Program-made: the position numbers and the translations under genes
Notes under the pieces: generated by a model
Told to the model about the DNA's origin: nothing
Seen by the model: the letters and a program-made list of their open reading frames with translations, nothing else
The model's database searches: none
Shown: one piece after another, positions 40,903-53,250 of the stretch
Layout: the number at the start of each line of letters is the position of its first letter
Numbering within the stretch: the first letter of the stretch is position 1
From: Adineta vaga
Taxonomy: Eukaryota; Animalia; Rotifera
Assembly: GCA_021613535.1 (NCBI GenBank)
Contig: CP075493.1
Coordinates: 17,608,001 to 17,672,000 of the forward strand
DNA length: 64,000 bases
Direction: 5' to 3'

Positions 40903-42761
40903 TCAATTGTATTTTGAAAATAAAAGATATTTTTGAAATATTTTCATACGATAAGTATTTTTAATTTCATCAATGTTAAAATATTCAATTAGTTTATTTA
41001 AATGTTCATGATTATATTTCGTTTCTTCCAAATGATATATAAGTAAGAATTTTAAATTTTGAAAATTATTCAATATTTCTTTGATAATATTTATACTTTC
41101 ATTTGATATATTGAAAAATTCCATTGAATAAAAATGTATATATTGAACATTTGAAAAATAAATCGAAATATCTTTTAAAATTTGTTCAAATTTAATATTT
41201 TTTGGAGGATTAATCTTCAGATCTAATTGTTGAATTTTATTATTTAATATTGAAATTAATTCTGTTTCTATTGAAGAAATTTTTTCATCAATATCTAAAA
41301 TTAAATGATTTACATTTGGTAATATAAATATTAACCAATCTTTAATCATTGTAAGAGTTTGCCAATCCAAATGAATAGTTGTAACAGTATTTAAACAAAT
41401 ATGATGTTTTTCACAATAAGAATAATTTTTATTATCAAGAGATTTGTAAGTATGATAAAAAGAAATTTGATGTAATTTCGGTAATTTTAATTGAAGTTCT
41501 TTTAAAAACTTCAAATCATATTTTGATTGTAATGGTAGAGAAATGAATTTAATAGAATTGGATAAGCAATGTATTTCAAGATTCTTTAATTTCATATCGT
41601 TATAAACATCATATATTTCTTCGAAATTCTCAAATTGATATGGTAATGTAAAGAAAATATGTCCACTTATTCCAAATGACCAGTTATGATTTGACCAAAA
41701 TGAATCATTAAAATTGATAGAAAAACATTTTGATCAATTTCACAATCAGAAATATAACTAACAAGATGAAATTGTCGAAGATTTCTCATTTGTTCTAATA
41801 AATCTTTAAGTTTTATATAATTGAATGGAAAATAATCGATTTTTTGTTTTCGTATTTTTCTTAAATCAATTGATAAACATATTAATGAAGATGAAAATTG
41901 TTTTATAAAATATATTAATTGATCATAATCAATATCATAGTCCCAAAAATCAAATCTTAACGGATCTGATTTTTCTTTATGATATAAATTTAAAAATAAT
42001 TTTTTTAATTTAATATCAATCATTTTAGATTTAGTTTTGATATGATAAGGTGGATCAGATAAAAGATATAAATATTCTAAATTTGGTGTTTGTAATAATA
42101 TCGAATAAATATCTTCAAAATCATTTAATAATAATGTTAATGAATGTAAATTGAAATTGATTTCGAATAAATTTCTTTTATATATTGATAATGGTGATGT
42201 GACAAATAAATATTGAAATGTTTCTAAAGAATTTTTCTTATTTAAAATTTTATTTAATAAATAATATTGTTTGGAATAATAATTATATAAACAACATTCC
42301 CAATTAGAACCAAGTTTTGTTTTTTCTATACGAAATGATTGTAAATAATCAAATTGTTCATTTGTAAAGATTAGGTCGAATTCTTCTTTAGGTAAACCAT
42401 ATGGACAAGAAATAATTAAAGATTTTAAATTTGGAAAATGTGTCAATGGAAATGTTATATCGATAGAATTGATATTTAAATATTCAATTTGTGAATTAAT
42501 TACCGATAAAATATTTTCCCATATTTTCAGATTTGTTGTTGGTAATTTGAAATCAGTTAAATAATATTTATTTTTTAATATTAAATTATTAAATCGTTCA
42601 TTAAAAAAGAAAAATGTATAAAGAATATCATTTGAAGATAAATAATTAAATATAAGAAAAAGAATTTCAGTTGGTAAAAGATTAAACCATGTTGTAGATT
42701 TCATATTTATTGTATCCATCTTCAAGAATAACAATCGATATAGTGAATATTTTCCATTCAT
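40903..42761 (-). CDS. F-box protein (copy 3, 1-nt deletion near 41715)
   Basis: aaattgatag here versus aaattcgatag in the other copies. Confidence 0.75.
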
Positions 42762-43275
42762 ATATCATTTATATTGAGTACAGAACGGAAAAGAAAAAAA
42801 GAAAACTTTTTCTATGTCTCGAATGTCAATAAAATAAATTCGTTAACTTTAAATTATTTCTTTTATTTCTCTCAGTTTTATATAACTTACTTACTATTTG
42901 AACAAAAACATAAAAGACTGAATTTTAAGAGTATAGATAAATATCAAACATTTTACGACAATACTTCAGTAATTTTGTTAAAGATTTATTCGAAAACCTT
43001 TCTCTTTGTTTGACATAATAAAACTATTTCTATGATTTATACAGCTTCTCTTATCTCTTTAGAACAAACACAATTCATTTTATATAACCAAACAAATATA
43101 CAACTAATTCTTGTACAATTATTTTAAAAAAAGCATCACATTTCTTTCTGTCTTAGTGAATATTTTGAATAATAACGCTGATTTGTTTATAAATGATTAT
43201 ATATTGTAACTAATACAAGATTACATGGATTAGATCTTTTAACATTCGTTATTCATTCCTTTTATTAATGAAAGT

Positions 43276-43394
43276 AGAGCGTGGGTGTGGGTGTGCGGGT
43301 AAAACTATTGGTTTCTCTCATCATTCGCTCTTATAATTCCATACTTACCCTCAGATTCTGACTCGCATCCTTACCCTCACACACACACATCTCT
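43276..43394. repeat. Degenerate telomere-like hairpin element
   Basis: agagcgtgggtgtgggtgtgcgggt ... accctcacacacacacatctct. Confidence 0.6.
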
Positions 43395-43406
43395 TCATAT
43401 GAATTA

Positions 43407-43728
43407 ATAATAATAATAATAATAACGTCCTATAGGCTTTTCGCCCGTTGGGACCGGCCGCAGTTATTATTAGTATTTTTTATCCATAGGCAGCCGGATT
43501 CTTTCGTCCTTTTCTTTTTACGGACGGTGGTATCTGCACCCTCTACCGTCCAACACACTGACTAAGCGTGTAGTCAGTACGAATGGCTCATGTGGAGTGA
43601 GTCATTGTAGACAACTTAGCCGTTAGTGACTTGTCCAGGGTCATTCCATGGCTGATGTTACTGAGGTTTGAACACAGTACCTAGTAGCTACGTGTCGAAC
43701 ACGTAAGCACTCATCCATGGCGACATTT
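43407..43728 (-). mobile_element. tRNA-derived SINE-like retroposon
   Basis: 10-bp TSD atatgaatta (43397-43406, 43729-43738). Minus-strand head with A-box-like tggatgagtgc and B-box gttcaaacc; (TTA)n 3' tail; GC-richer body. Confidence 0.8.
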
Positions 43729-43802
43729 ATATGAATTACATGGAGTTAATATCGCAGCGTTTTTCTTTCTTATTCGAAATATTTTATTAAAAGAATAAAA
43801 TA

Positions 43803-44300
43803 TTACATTTTAACAACTTTATAATTAATAAAAACTCCGTAAGAGAGTGTAGTTGGAAGACCTTGTAATTTGAGAACTATTTGAAAGTCAGCATCCGAAT
43901 TTAGAACGAGTTTTTCATCAGTAGTTGTCACTTCTATTTCTTGACCATTCACAATTCGATAAACATGGAAAATATTGCCACGAAATTGTTTATTATCAAT
44001 TTCAATTTGATAAGCTTGTTGTTTTTTGGTAAATGGTGTTCCGATTGTTAATGTTAAATTATTAGTTGGATAAGACCAGAATAAACCGACTGATGTGCAT
44101 GTGGAAATATCAGTAGTCGCCAAATTAAGTTTTGCTGTTTGACATTCTCTTGAGATTGAAATAGTTCCAGTACATGATCCCGATGAAGAGAAATCAACAT
44201 CACATGAATCAGCAATACCAGTTGATACAGGAATGCTGTGCACATGTGCAATACTAATCAGTATTGCAAGTAAAAATGAAATTGTCATTGAGTAAAACAT
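43803..44300 (-). CDS. Secreted protein of unknown function, 165 aa
   Basis: Signal peptide MTISFLLAILISIAHVHS, four Cys, beta-rich pattern; single exon. Confidence 0.8.
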   Translation of the reverse strand: MFYSMTISFLLAILISIAHVHSIPVSTGIADSCDVDFSSSGSCTGTISISRECQTAKLNLATTDISTCTSVGLFWSYPTNNLTLTIGTPFTKKQQAYQIEIDNKQFRGNIFHVYRIVNGQEIEVTTTDEKLVLNSDADFQIVLKLQGLPTTLSYGVFINYKVVKM

Positions 44301-44336
44301 GATTGATGTGAAGAATGAAGAAAGAGGAAGTGGTAG

Positions 44337-44344
44337 TATTTATA
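44337..44344 (-). promoter_or_regulatory. TATA box candidate for the 165-aa secreted protein
   Basis: TATAAATA on the minus strand, about 37 nt upstream of the ATG. Confidence 0.5.
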
Positions 44345-44900
44345 GTAGGAATGAAAGAATGATGAAGCACAATGATAAAGCAAAATAAACTCACCAGATG
44401 TGAAATGTTTTATATAATAATATCACAATAGAAGAAAAACATCGTCATGATTACAATAAATTGTTTTGTATGTCAATATGTGGATAAAATTGACTAAACA
44501 ATAGGTGAATCGTCATCGTCAAGAAAATTGATTCTAAAAAAGCAAACTATTTGATATCGATATTAGTTTGTAATGACATTTCATTCACAGACAAAATGTA
44601 GACAGTATTGTAGTTTCTCTCTTCTAATTGAAGAAACTATTTGAAAAGAAACGGTTTTTATAGTTAAATATGGAACTGTTTAATTGTGATGGTACTATTG
44701 ATAAATTAATTATCTGACGGCCATGACAATGAAGGAAAAGGAGAATCCATTTGCATCCTCACCTTCAGAATTGATAGCATAGGAGGGTTTAGTAAAAGCC
44801 ATACGCAAATAGAAGTAATATCTGGTATTACGAATGTGTTTTTTTTTTAAGAAAGTTACAATACCATTTATGAAAGGTATAGATACTGTAAAAGTCATTG

Positions 44901-45731
44901 TTAGTTTGCTGTATTTAGAGAGAGCATCAGATACCTTTTATTTTGATATAGCGTGATAGAGCATCGTCTACTCTATCGAACTATATAGTTTTTATTTTGT
45001 TTATTTTAAACCTCGTTCTAAAGTCTAATAGTATTTGAGAAGCCCTGATTTTGAACTTTTCAATAGCCATATTTCACTTCGATTGAAATCTTCGATAATG
45101 AAAATTGTTTTAAATGGAAAAAAAGTAGATCAAGATTTCTCGGGAAAAAAATATCAGGCGAAAATGACGTAGTATTAAGAAGAAAATTAACTTTTTTTGA
45201 TCAGATCTAGCCCTTTTCTGTACATATGAAAAACTGACTTTACAAAGGTTTTTGGACGAATTTATCCGTAAGATTGAATGTAAAGTTAATTCAAAGTATA
45301 CAAAGCAATAGAGGAGTCAATGCTTTATTCAGCTACATGTTATATATTAAAGAAAAGATCTAAATGCTCAAGGAACTAACACTTGTTCGAAAAAAAGTGC
45401 AAAACTAGTCATTGAAAGGTTCTTCAAGCTTTTAGCAAAACTTAATACTTAGCTTGATAGAGAAAAGTATGATCTGTTATTCTATATAAAAATAAAAAAT
45501 TCTTAATACTCTCTACAAATTAATCATTAAGAAGTATTACCTGAAATAGGATTCGAAAATTGGTAGTTTTAAAACATTTTGAATAACCGTTTTTATGAAT
45601 GCACAAAATTTAGGAACAAGGTTTAAAATAAACAAAATAAAAACTACATAGTTCGATAGAATAGACGATGCTCTTTCACGCTATATCAAAATAAAAAGTA
45701 TCTGATACTCTCTCTAAATACAGCAAACTAA
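44901..45731. mobile_element. MITE with ~120-bp TIRs
   Basis: ttagtttgctgtatttagagagag...aaacct inversely repeated as aggtttaaaataaac...ctctctctaaatacagcaaactaa with few mismatches; TA at both ends. Confidence 0.9.
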
Positions 45732-46146
45732 GCAAAACATTCAAAATCAACGTGATCATGGTGTAAATATCTCTTATCTCCAAATCAATTCATTTTTCAT
45801 ATTGAAAGTAATCAAACAGAAATCAGTTCTATATATATATAGATTTATTCATTACCATTTACAATAAAAAAAAAGCTTTATGATTTTCAGTATTTTTCTT
45901 AAATTTCTAATTCAATTATTTAATCAAATAAAATCTAATGAAAAAGATATTAGACGATATGAAGAATATATTTGTTCTGTTATTTTTTCAAATAAATTTC
46001 ATCGTCTACTTTCTCGATAATGACTCAGAATTACAGGTTAGTATGTTAAGTTTGTTTATATGTAATTACATGAATAAGAAAATGTGATATATTCTAAAGG
46101 TAGAAAAAGAAAGTGTTTATATTTACCATATATCATTTATTTGAAT

Positions 46147-48785
46147 ATGCTTCGAATCAATAACAACACACAAAAATATATTCCTCTCAAACGCGTAAAT
46201 ATCGAAGCTACTATTCGATCATTTGCTGCTGATGTATGTATTACTCAAATATTTCGTAATGATGAACAGACATCAATTGAAGCTGTTTATTGTTTTCCAA
46301 TCGAAGAGCAAGCAGTTATATATAGTTTTGTGGTACGGATTGACAACGATCGAGAAATCATTGTTATATTAAAAGAGAAAAAGAAAGCACAAAAAGATTA
46401 TAATGATGCTTTACAAACAGGTCATGGAGCTTATCTATTCGAACAAAATGATCAATCACAAGATAATTTTATCGTTAATATTGGTGCTATTCCATCTGGT
46501 AAAGAATGTCAAATAATTATCTCATATGTTTCCGAATTAAATCTTGTCGAAAATAGTACTAAGATTAGATTTGTTCTTCCAACAACGATTGCTCCTCGTT
46601 ACAATCCGAATCGAGGTGGTATCAGTTCAATTGTGAATACCACTTCTACTTATGTTCAATCAAGTTCGTATACAATTGATTTTCGTTGTCAAATCAACAA
46701 ACTTGGAATTGAACAAATCAACTCTCCATCTCATCCAATTCAAATATATTCCAATGAACAATATTATTATACAATTACATTTGCTCAACAAAATACTCAA
46801 TTAGATCGTGATATTATTTTAGATATGCAATTAATTGCAGATCGATCAAATACATTCGTTGCTGTTGAACCAGGTGCAGTGATGGTATCATTTACACCTA
46901 GTGAAAATGACTTTCAACGTCTCAGAAATGATCATGGTCAAATGACGAATGAATTTATTTTTATTATTGATTGTAGTGATTCAATGAATGCTAATAACAA
47001 AATTGATTTAGCTCGACAAGCAATTTCACTTTTTCTGAAGAGTTTACCTTTTAATTCTTACTTTAATATTATTCGATTTGGATCTAAATATAAAACTCTC
47101 TTCAAAGATATGACAGGTATTTATAATGAAGAAAATACGGAAAAAGCTGAACAATATATTAAAAAAATCAGAGCTAATTTAGGTGGTACTGAACTAGTAA
47201 GTAAACTTTTCATTAATATTGCCTTCTAAAAATGCGTTGAATAATTTTCTTTCTCTAGCTACACTCTCTTCAATGGCTTGAAAGTCAACCACCACGTCAA
47301 GGTCATGCTCGACAAATCTTTCTTCTTACTGGTGGCGAAATTTCTAATGTTGAAGAAGTAATTGATCTCTGTCGAACGATGGCCACTACAACTCGTATCT
47401 TTTCATTTGGATTGGGTTCATCTCCTAGTCGTTCACTTGTCAAAGGATTAGCTCGAGCAACGAATGGTCATTATGTTTTTATTCCACCATATAGCAGTGT
47501 CGATGTTTATGTTCGTGAACAACTACAGAAAGCACTACAACCATGCATTATGAATATAAAGGTCAATTGGGATTTAAATGGAATAGCAGTAACTAGTGTT
47601 CCAACTAAAATACCACCGATTTATGCTGGTGAACGTCTAATTATTTATGCGCTAGCTGATAATAAATCTGCTCGATTCGATCCTAGTTCAAGTGTTGAAC
47701 TAATGGCGGAACAATACCAATTGAGTAAAATGGAACTATTTCAAATATTTCGTGTAGATAAACTTGAAACGATTGCTCGATTGGCTGCTAAAGCGCTTAT
47801 TCTTGAACTACAACACGCCAAATTACCATCATCTCGGTCGAGAATGAATCTTGGTTCTTTACAAACTCGATTTCGAGAACAACAATTGAATGGATCACCT
47901 GATAATGAAGACGAAATAGCAAAGAACGAAATAAAAAAACGTATTATCGAATTATCTCTTCAATATCATATTCTCAGTCCTCATACAGCTTTTGTCGGCG
48001 TGGAGAGACGAATAAATTCAAATAATGCTAATATGATTTTGCGTGAAGTACCAATTCAAATATCAGTCGACGACCAACACTTATATGGACATTCTGGAAC
48101 GATGAATTCGAAAATTATGAACATCTTGGAAAGAAGGTATGGAGTGGATTTAAATGGTGACGGTTACATTGGTGGTCAGGGTTATCTCAACAGGTTAGGG
48201 ATGGCCACTGGGCATGACATCAATGGTGACGGCTACATTGGTCGATTCTCTTCGAACTCGAATCCTTCTCATTATTCAACACCAGCAAATCTGGCAAGAC
48301 AGTTTTTGCGTTCCCTGTTAAATGACTACACTCATGTTCCGTCAGTACAGGTAAAATATGTGTCTCATTTTTTTCGAAATTGATAGAATTTTAAGATCTC
48401 TATGTTGCTTTTTCTTTTTCAGTATTCGGCAGCCGTAAATACGTGGAGTACCCCCGGGCATCATTCTGGAGATACACATTACACACACAATCAGGATATT
48501 GTTCGTCATTTGATCGCTCAGCAAAAATTTGACGGTAGTTGGGATTTAGATTCAGAAAGTATCAAACAATTAACAGGACATTCGTTGAGCATATTCCAAC
48601 AACTAGCAAATAATCAAATAATTGTCTCAGCTATTGTCATCGCTGTGTTGGAAACACGTTTTGCTGCATTCTCATCGTTATGGTATGGTGTCGTATTGAA
48701 AGCACGTCAACGTCTTTTCTATCTTCTGGGCAATGATTCAAACAAACTTGACGCTTTGCTTGCAGAAATTCGTAAACTATTATAA
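46147..48785 (+). CDS. VWA5A-like protein (VIT + VWA); exons 46147-47196, 47259-48350, 48423-48785
   Basis: VIT IEAVYCFPIEE..A...Y..AL..GHGAYL..DNF.VNIG; VWA EFIFIIDCSDSM, FNIIRFGS, ANLGGTEL, RIFSFGLG; ILSPHTAFVGV; QKFDGSW. Phase-0 GT-AG introns. Start uncertain (possible micro-exon at 46020-46036). Confidence 0.88.
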
Positions 48786-49195
48786 GAATCTGTGTTTTTA
48801 TGTGGAATATGAAATAAGACAAAAGTTCTTATATTTTTAAGAAACGAGAAGAAATGATTTTTCTTATTGTCAATCGATAAATTTATGTATTTTTGCTATA
48901 TTCGTTCGACAGTTTCAATTAAAGGGTGTGGGTGTGGGTGTGAAGTGAGTCATCGTACCTATGAACACAATCTGTGGTACTACACTATTTTGACAAAGGG
49001 TCATTTGTAGCAACTGAACACAATTGCATCGTTTACTTTTACTAGAGCTCAATGTTTTGACAAGCGCAATAACGTTTGACTCGTTTGTCGAAATGTACCT
49101 TTATCATAAAAATATCTTTTATTCTGGAATAAATGAATATATGAAGTTACATTAAAAAACCAACAATCATCCGGCTCTCAAAATATCTATTTCCC

Positions 49196-50259
49196 TTACA
49201 CAAATCGAAGTGTCGATGGCCGAGCCAATCGAGCGAATTCATACATAACACGAGGCACTATATGTATTCCATCGCTCTTCTGATGACCGAAAGGCTCAGC
49301 AATGGACAACGATCGAGCCAAGCTGTTATACCATCGCAATGGACCCATGTAGAAATGTGCAGCATCGTGACTTTGCACATTAGCATAACAACTGGCCGCT
49401 ACATCATTTACTAAGATTGTGCCTAAGAAAACAGAGTAAAAACAATAGGAACTGATGGAGTATCTCTACACTCTTACCAGTGGTAGTCAGCGGTGCATAG
49501 AAGCCTGTTTTCATCTCGAGTATCAATCGAACGACTGGTGATGACACCAGTTGACCATTCGATAGTACACGAAGGATATCGCCCACCTTGACTTGGTTGG
49601 CTGGAACATAGATAAAGGTGTCATCATCTCTCATGATGGGTAGTAGATGCAATCCGGTGAGACTGATGTTATTGCCAGAGGCTGTCAGAATAGTGTAGAA
49701 GAGAGCTAAAGAAGAGATGATAACGAAACTTGATATTCGCTAATGTAAATAAGACTTACTTAGTGAAAATTGATCTTGATCAAGCATCATCATCATTTGG
49801 GTACCAATGACACTGAAACCGTCAGATGTAATGAGTTCATCGCCGGGTCGTAAATGGCCGATAGGTATTTTGTTTCCATTGGTAAGCGTAACCAACGTGT
49901 CGCGGGCAAAACAGCTGGAAGATGATGACGAAGAAGCCGATGCACAATGACATACACAGGCAGATGGTTTTGCTGTCGTGATTCTCGTTGTAAATTTAGT
50001 TGTCGTGCGTCTGGTTGTAAATTTTATTGTCGGTTTCGCTGGTAGTGGCCAAACTATAATGTGCAAGAAGAAAGCAAATTAACTTCTTGAGTTCTGTTAA
50101 AAGTGGAAATAACACGTTACTTTTGATGGTATCGCTGAAATTTGCATTAGTGAGGTTGGCAGTGTAGAGAGTGGCTTGAGAAAGATTTGCTTCAGTCGAA
50201 ATAAGTAATGGGAGTATGCTTAGGATGATAAGCGAGTACATGTTGTGATTGGTAGCCAT
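49196..50259 (-). CDS. Secreted Hog-domain (Hint + sterol recognition region) protein A; exons 50259-50121, 50053-49760, 49705-49478, 49422-49196
   Basis: Signal peptide, then S|CFARDTLV, LRPGD, MLDQD, LTGLHL (TxxH), GFYAPLTTTGTILVNDVAASCYA and SRR-like SHDAAHFYMGPLR...GIH. Confidence 0.9.
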
Positions 50260-50999
50260 TTTTTTCTTTCGATCTAGAGATGAACGGCAATTATGTGACT
50301 ATTCCTTTGAGAACACTATATGAGAGTAGAGATTGGCGGCACTTGAGATGTTGGAAAAAGCCAATTTGTGTGCTGCGATAAGAGCGTTCTTACGCGATAA
50401 ACATAATTGTCAGCGAAACAGAGAATCTTATCAGTATGTTGAAAAGCTGGTTTTTCTTGGAAGGACGGTTTTTCACTCTCTCCTGCGTCTTTTGACTTCT
50501 TTTGACATTAGTGAACGATGCAGAATCCGTGAAACTGTTTGTTTATAATAGTCCAATTATCGTAAAAAATGACAAGATATTAATGATTTTTTGCTGAACT
50601 ATATGAAAACCATAGTGTCAAGTTCTATTCAAACACGTTCGCCGTAGAATCTCTTTTTTTAGTTACCGACTCTTATTGGAAAACATCTATTTCATCTGAC
50701 ACGTGGATGTTTACCTGTAATATGTACTATACAATCCTCTGCAATGGTTGAGGAATAGGGTTTGATGCAGTTCCTCTGACACGTTTTATCTATGTTAGAT
50801 AGAGATAAGTCGGAGACTTCCAACCTTCCGCTGTCGTAAAAACATAAAATAAGATAAGTGGTACGTGATGTCATAAATTGCTTTTCGTTGAACTCCACAG
50901 CCGTATACTATTTTATTCTTTGACAGGTATTATTTATTTCATAGACTATTTTTAGAAGCTCGAAAGTTAGACTGACGATAAAACAAAGAGCATTACTGC

Positions 51000-51359
51000 T
51001 TGCATCAAATTATGGGTACCACATCGTGCTTCCATTCAACATCAGGCTCTGGCTTAAGTTCATGTAATTCGAGTGGGGTGAATCTCACTGTTGGTGCTAT
51101 CGTTGGTATCAGCGTCGGATGTCTGCTCGCAATTATGCTTATCGTCCTTCTGATAGTGTTAATAAACTACTACATGAAGCAGCACAGATCATCTCGGACA
51201 ATAGTCACTCACTCATACCTTTATCCAATCCCTTATAACGATGATCGAATGAACCGAAACAGCCACTCTTATCCATTGCAACTACATCCACCGCTTACAC
51301 GATTAGATCCACCTTCTTACAATTCAACGTTGATGAACAATAATCAGAATGGGAAATGA
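51000..51359 (+). CDS. Small single-pass membrane protein exon with PPSY motif; 5' part missing or decayed
   Basis: TM VGAIVGISVGCLLAIMLIVLLIVLI followed by a Pro/Tyr-rich tail ending LDPPSY; no clean upstream exon found. Confidence 0.5.
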   Translation: MHQIMGTTSCFHSTSGSGLSSCNSSGVNLTVGAIVGISVGCLLAIMLIVLLIVLINYYMKQHRSSRTIVTHSYLYPIPYNDDRMNRNSHSYPLQLHPPLTRLDPPSYNSTLMNNNQNGK

Positions 51360-52136
51360 TGATTTTCTTTCGTCTGATTGTTAAACACTATGTAATCAAA
51401 TACTTAAAGAAGTTTGTTATATCGATAATTCTGAAATAAATATAAATCTTGATCGAGCAGTGAGACGTATTAATTTCCATATCTTGCCTAGGACCAAGAG
51501 TATTTAAGCTTCCTATTCGAAATAGATATATTGTTGGCGATTGTTTTTAGACAGTATGGTGAGAGTTCTTCAGATTTAATTACGACAGTCACGTCCTAAA
51601 CAGATATCTACAACTGTATTTACTTCTTTACTCACTTATTATAAAATGAACATAAGGAATAAGGTTTTAAAAATCAAATGATTTATTTACATAATACAAG
51701 TACAAAAATATTCAGAAATTCTTAGCCTTAAGCTCATTGCAAAGTGAGCATGATAAATGAGAGGTCGCTTCTGTCTATGGTTTATTGTCTACTGATAGTA
51801 TTCGACATTGAAATAAATCTCATATACTGCTCGGAGACTGGATCATTGAATATCAACATCCAACATTCAGATTAGTATTCTTTTGCAAGATCCCGTCCCT
51901 GAGGAAGTTTCTTTTGACGAATTCAGTGTCCTATTACGTCAAACTTCGTATGTTTCGTCAATACGATAAAACAAAACAAGAGGCGGGCGGAAGAAGAAAA
52001 ATATCTTGTCTTATCAGTTTATGCTGTCGTTTCGAAGAAAAGTCATTGACAACATCTTTGCATCTGACAACCCAGATTAGTTTTTTCCAACTTTCATACA
52101 GTTATCTATCTTTCTGCCTATATAAAATGTGTTAAA

Positions 52137-53250
52137 ATGAATCTTTACACATCATTTTGTCATCGATCTCTATTGTGAGAATATGCATAGTATTATCCAA
52201 AAACGTCTTCAGGTTGCTTTTCTCCTTGGTATTCTTGTATCGTTCGCTAGAGCTAACACAATCAGTAACAACTCGGACAATGAAATTTTGAAGACCAAAG
52301 GTAAAATCAGTACCACGTAATGACTCGCAGCAGACATTTGACAAGAAGTTCATTAATCAATCAACTTTCACTACCAAGTTACATCAATGATTATTGTTTT
52401 TTGAAAAATCATAGATTTGTAGTTTATACCGAAGCTGTCCTAGGGAAAAGTCTCCATTATCAGTCTATAAAATTATTTCTCTTAGGTTCATCTGCTTCTG
52501 CATCAGCCTCTGCTTCGTCATCATCTTCCAGCTGTTTTGCCCGCGACACGTTGGTTACGCTTACCAATGGAAACAAAATACCTATCGGCCATTTACGACC
52601 CGGCGATGAACTCATTACATCTGACGGTTTCAGTGTCATTGGTACCCAAATGATGATGATGCTTGATCAAGATCAATTTTCACTAAGTAAGTCTTATTTA
52701 CATTAGCGAATATCAAGTTTCGTTATCATCTCTTCTTTAGCTCTCTTCTACACTATTCTGACAGCCTCTGGCAATAACATCAGTCTCACCGGATTGCATC
52801 TACTACCCATCATGAGAGATGATGACACCTTTATCTATGTTCCAGCCAACCAAGTCAAGGTGGGCGATATCCTTCGTGTACTATCGAATGGTCAACTGGT
52901 GTCATCACCAGTCGTTCGATTGATACTCGAGATGAAAACAGGCTTCTATGCACCGCTGACTACCACTGGTAAGAGTGTAGAGATACTCCATCAGTTCCTA
53001 TTGTTTTTACTCTGTTTTCTTAGGCACAATCTTAGTAAATGATGTAGCGGCCAGTTGTTATGCTAATGTGCAAAGTCACGATGCTGCACATTTCTACATG
53101 GGTCCATTGCGATGGTATAACAGCTTGGCTCGATCGTTGTCCATTGCTGAGCCTTTCGGTCATCAGAAGAGCGATGGAATACATATAGTGCCTCGTGTTA
53201 TGTATGAATTCGCTCGATTGGCTCGGCCATCGACACTTCGATTTGTGTAA
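52137..53250 (+). CDS. Hog-domain protein B with a different N-terminus; Hog exons from 52486; tentative upstream exons 52137-52174 and 52213-52300
   Basis: Hog part identical to gene A. Upstream IILSSISI|VAFLLGILVSFARANTISNNSDNEILKTK|G splices in phase to SSASASAS..CF. The ATG at 52137 needs a small indel correction and intron 1 is only 38 nt. Confidence 0.7.

Larger units (their letters stand above)
1..43075. repeat. Tandem segmental array of a ~14.9 kb unit (partial unit <1-13248, 13249-28176, 28177-43075)
   Basis: Base 1 recurs at 14933 and 29862 and the ORF set repeats three times. Units 1 and 2 end ...aacaaacacaatt|gggtgtggg, whereas the last continues ...aacaaacacaatt|cattttat at 43075/43076. 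Confidence 0.97.

Noticed and set aside
49196-53250. True hedgehog genes or mobile inteins
   Set aside because: No Hedge signalling domain, no homing endonuclease and no intein C-terminal His-Asn; these are Hog-only proteins.
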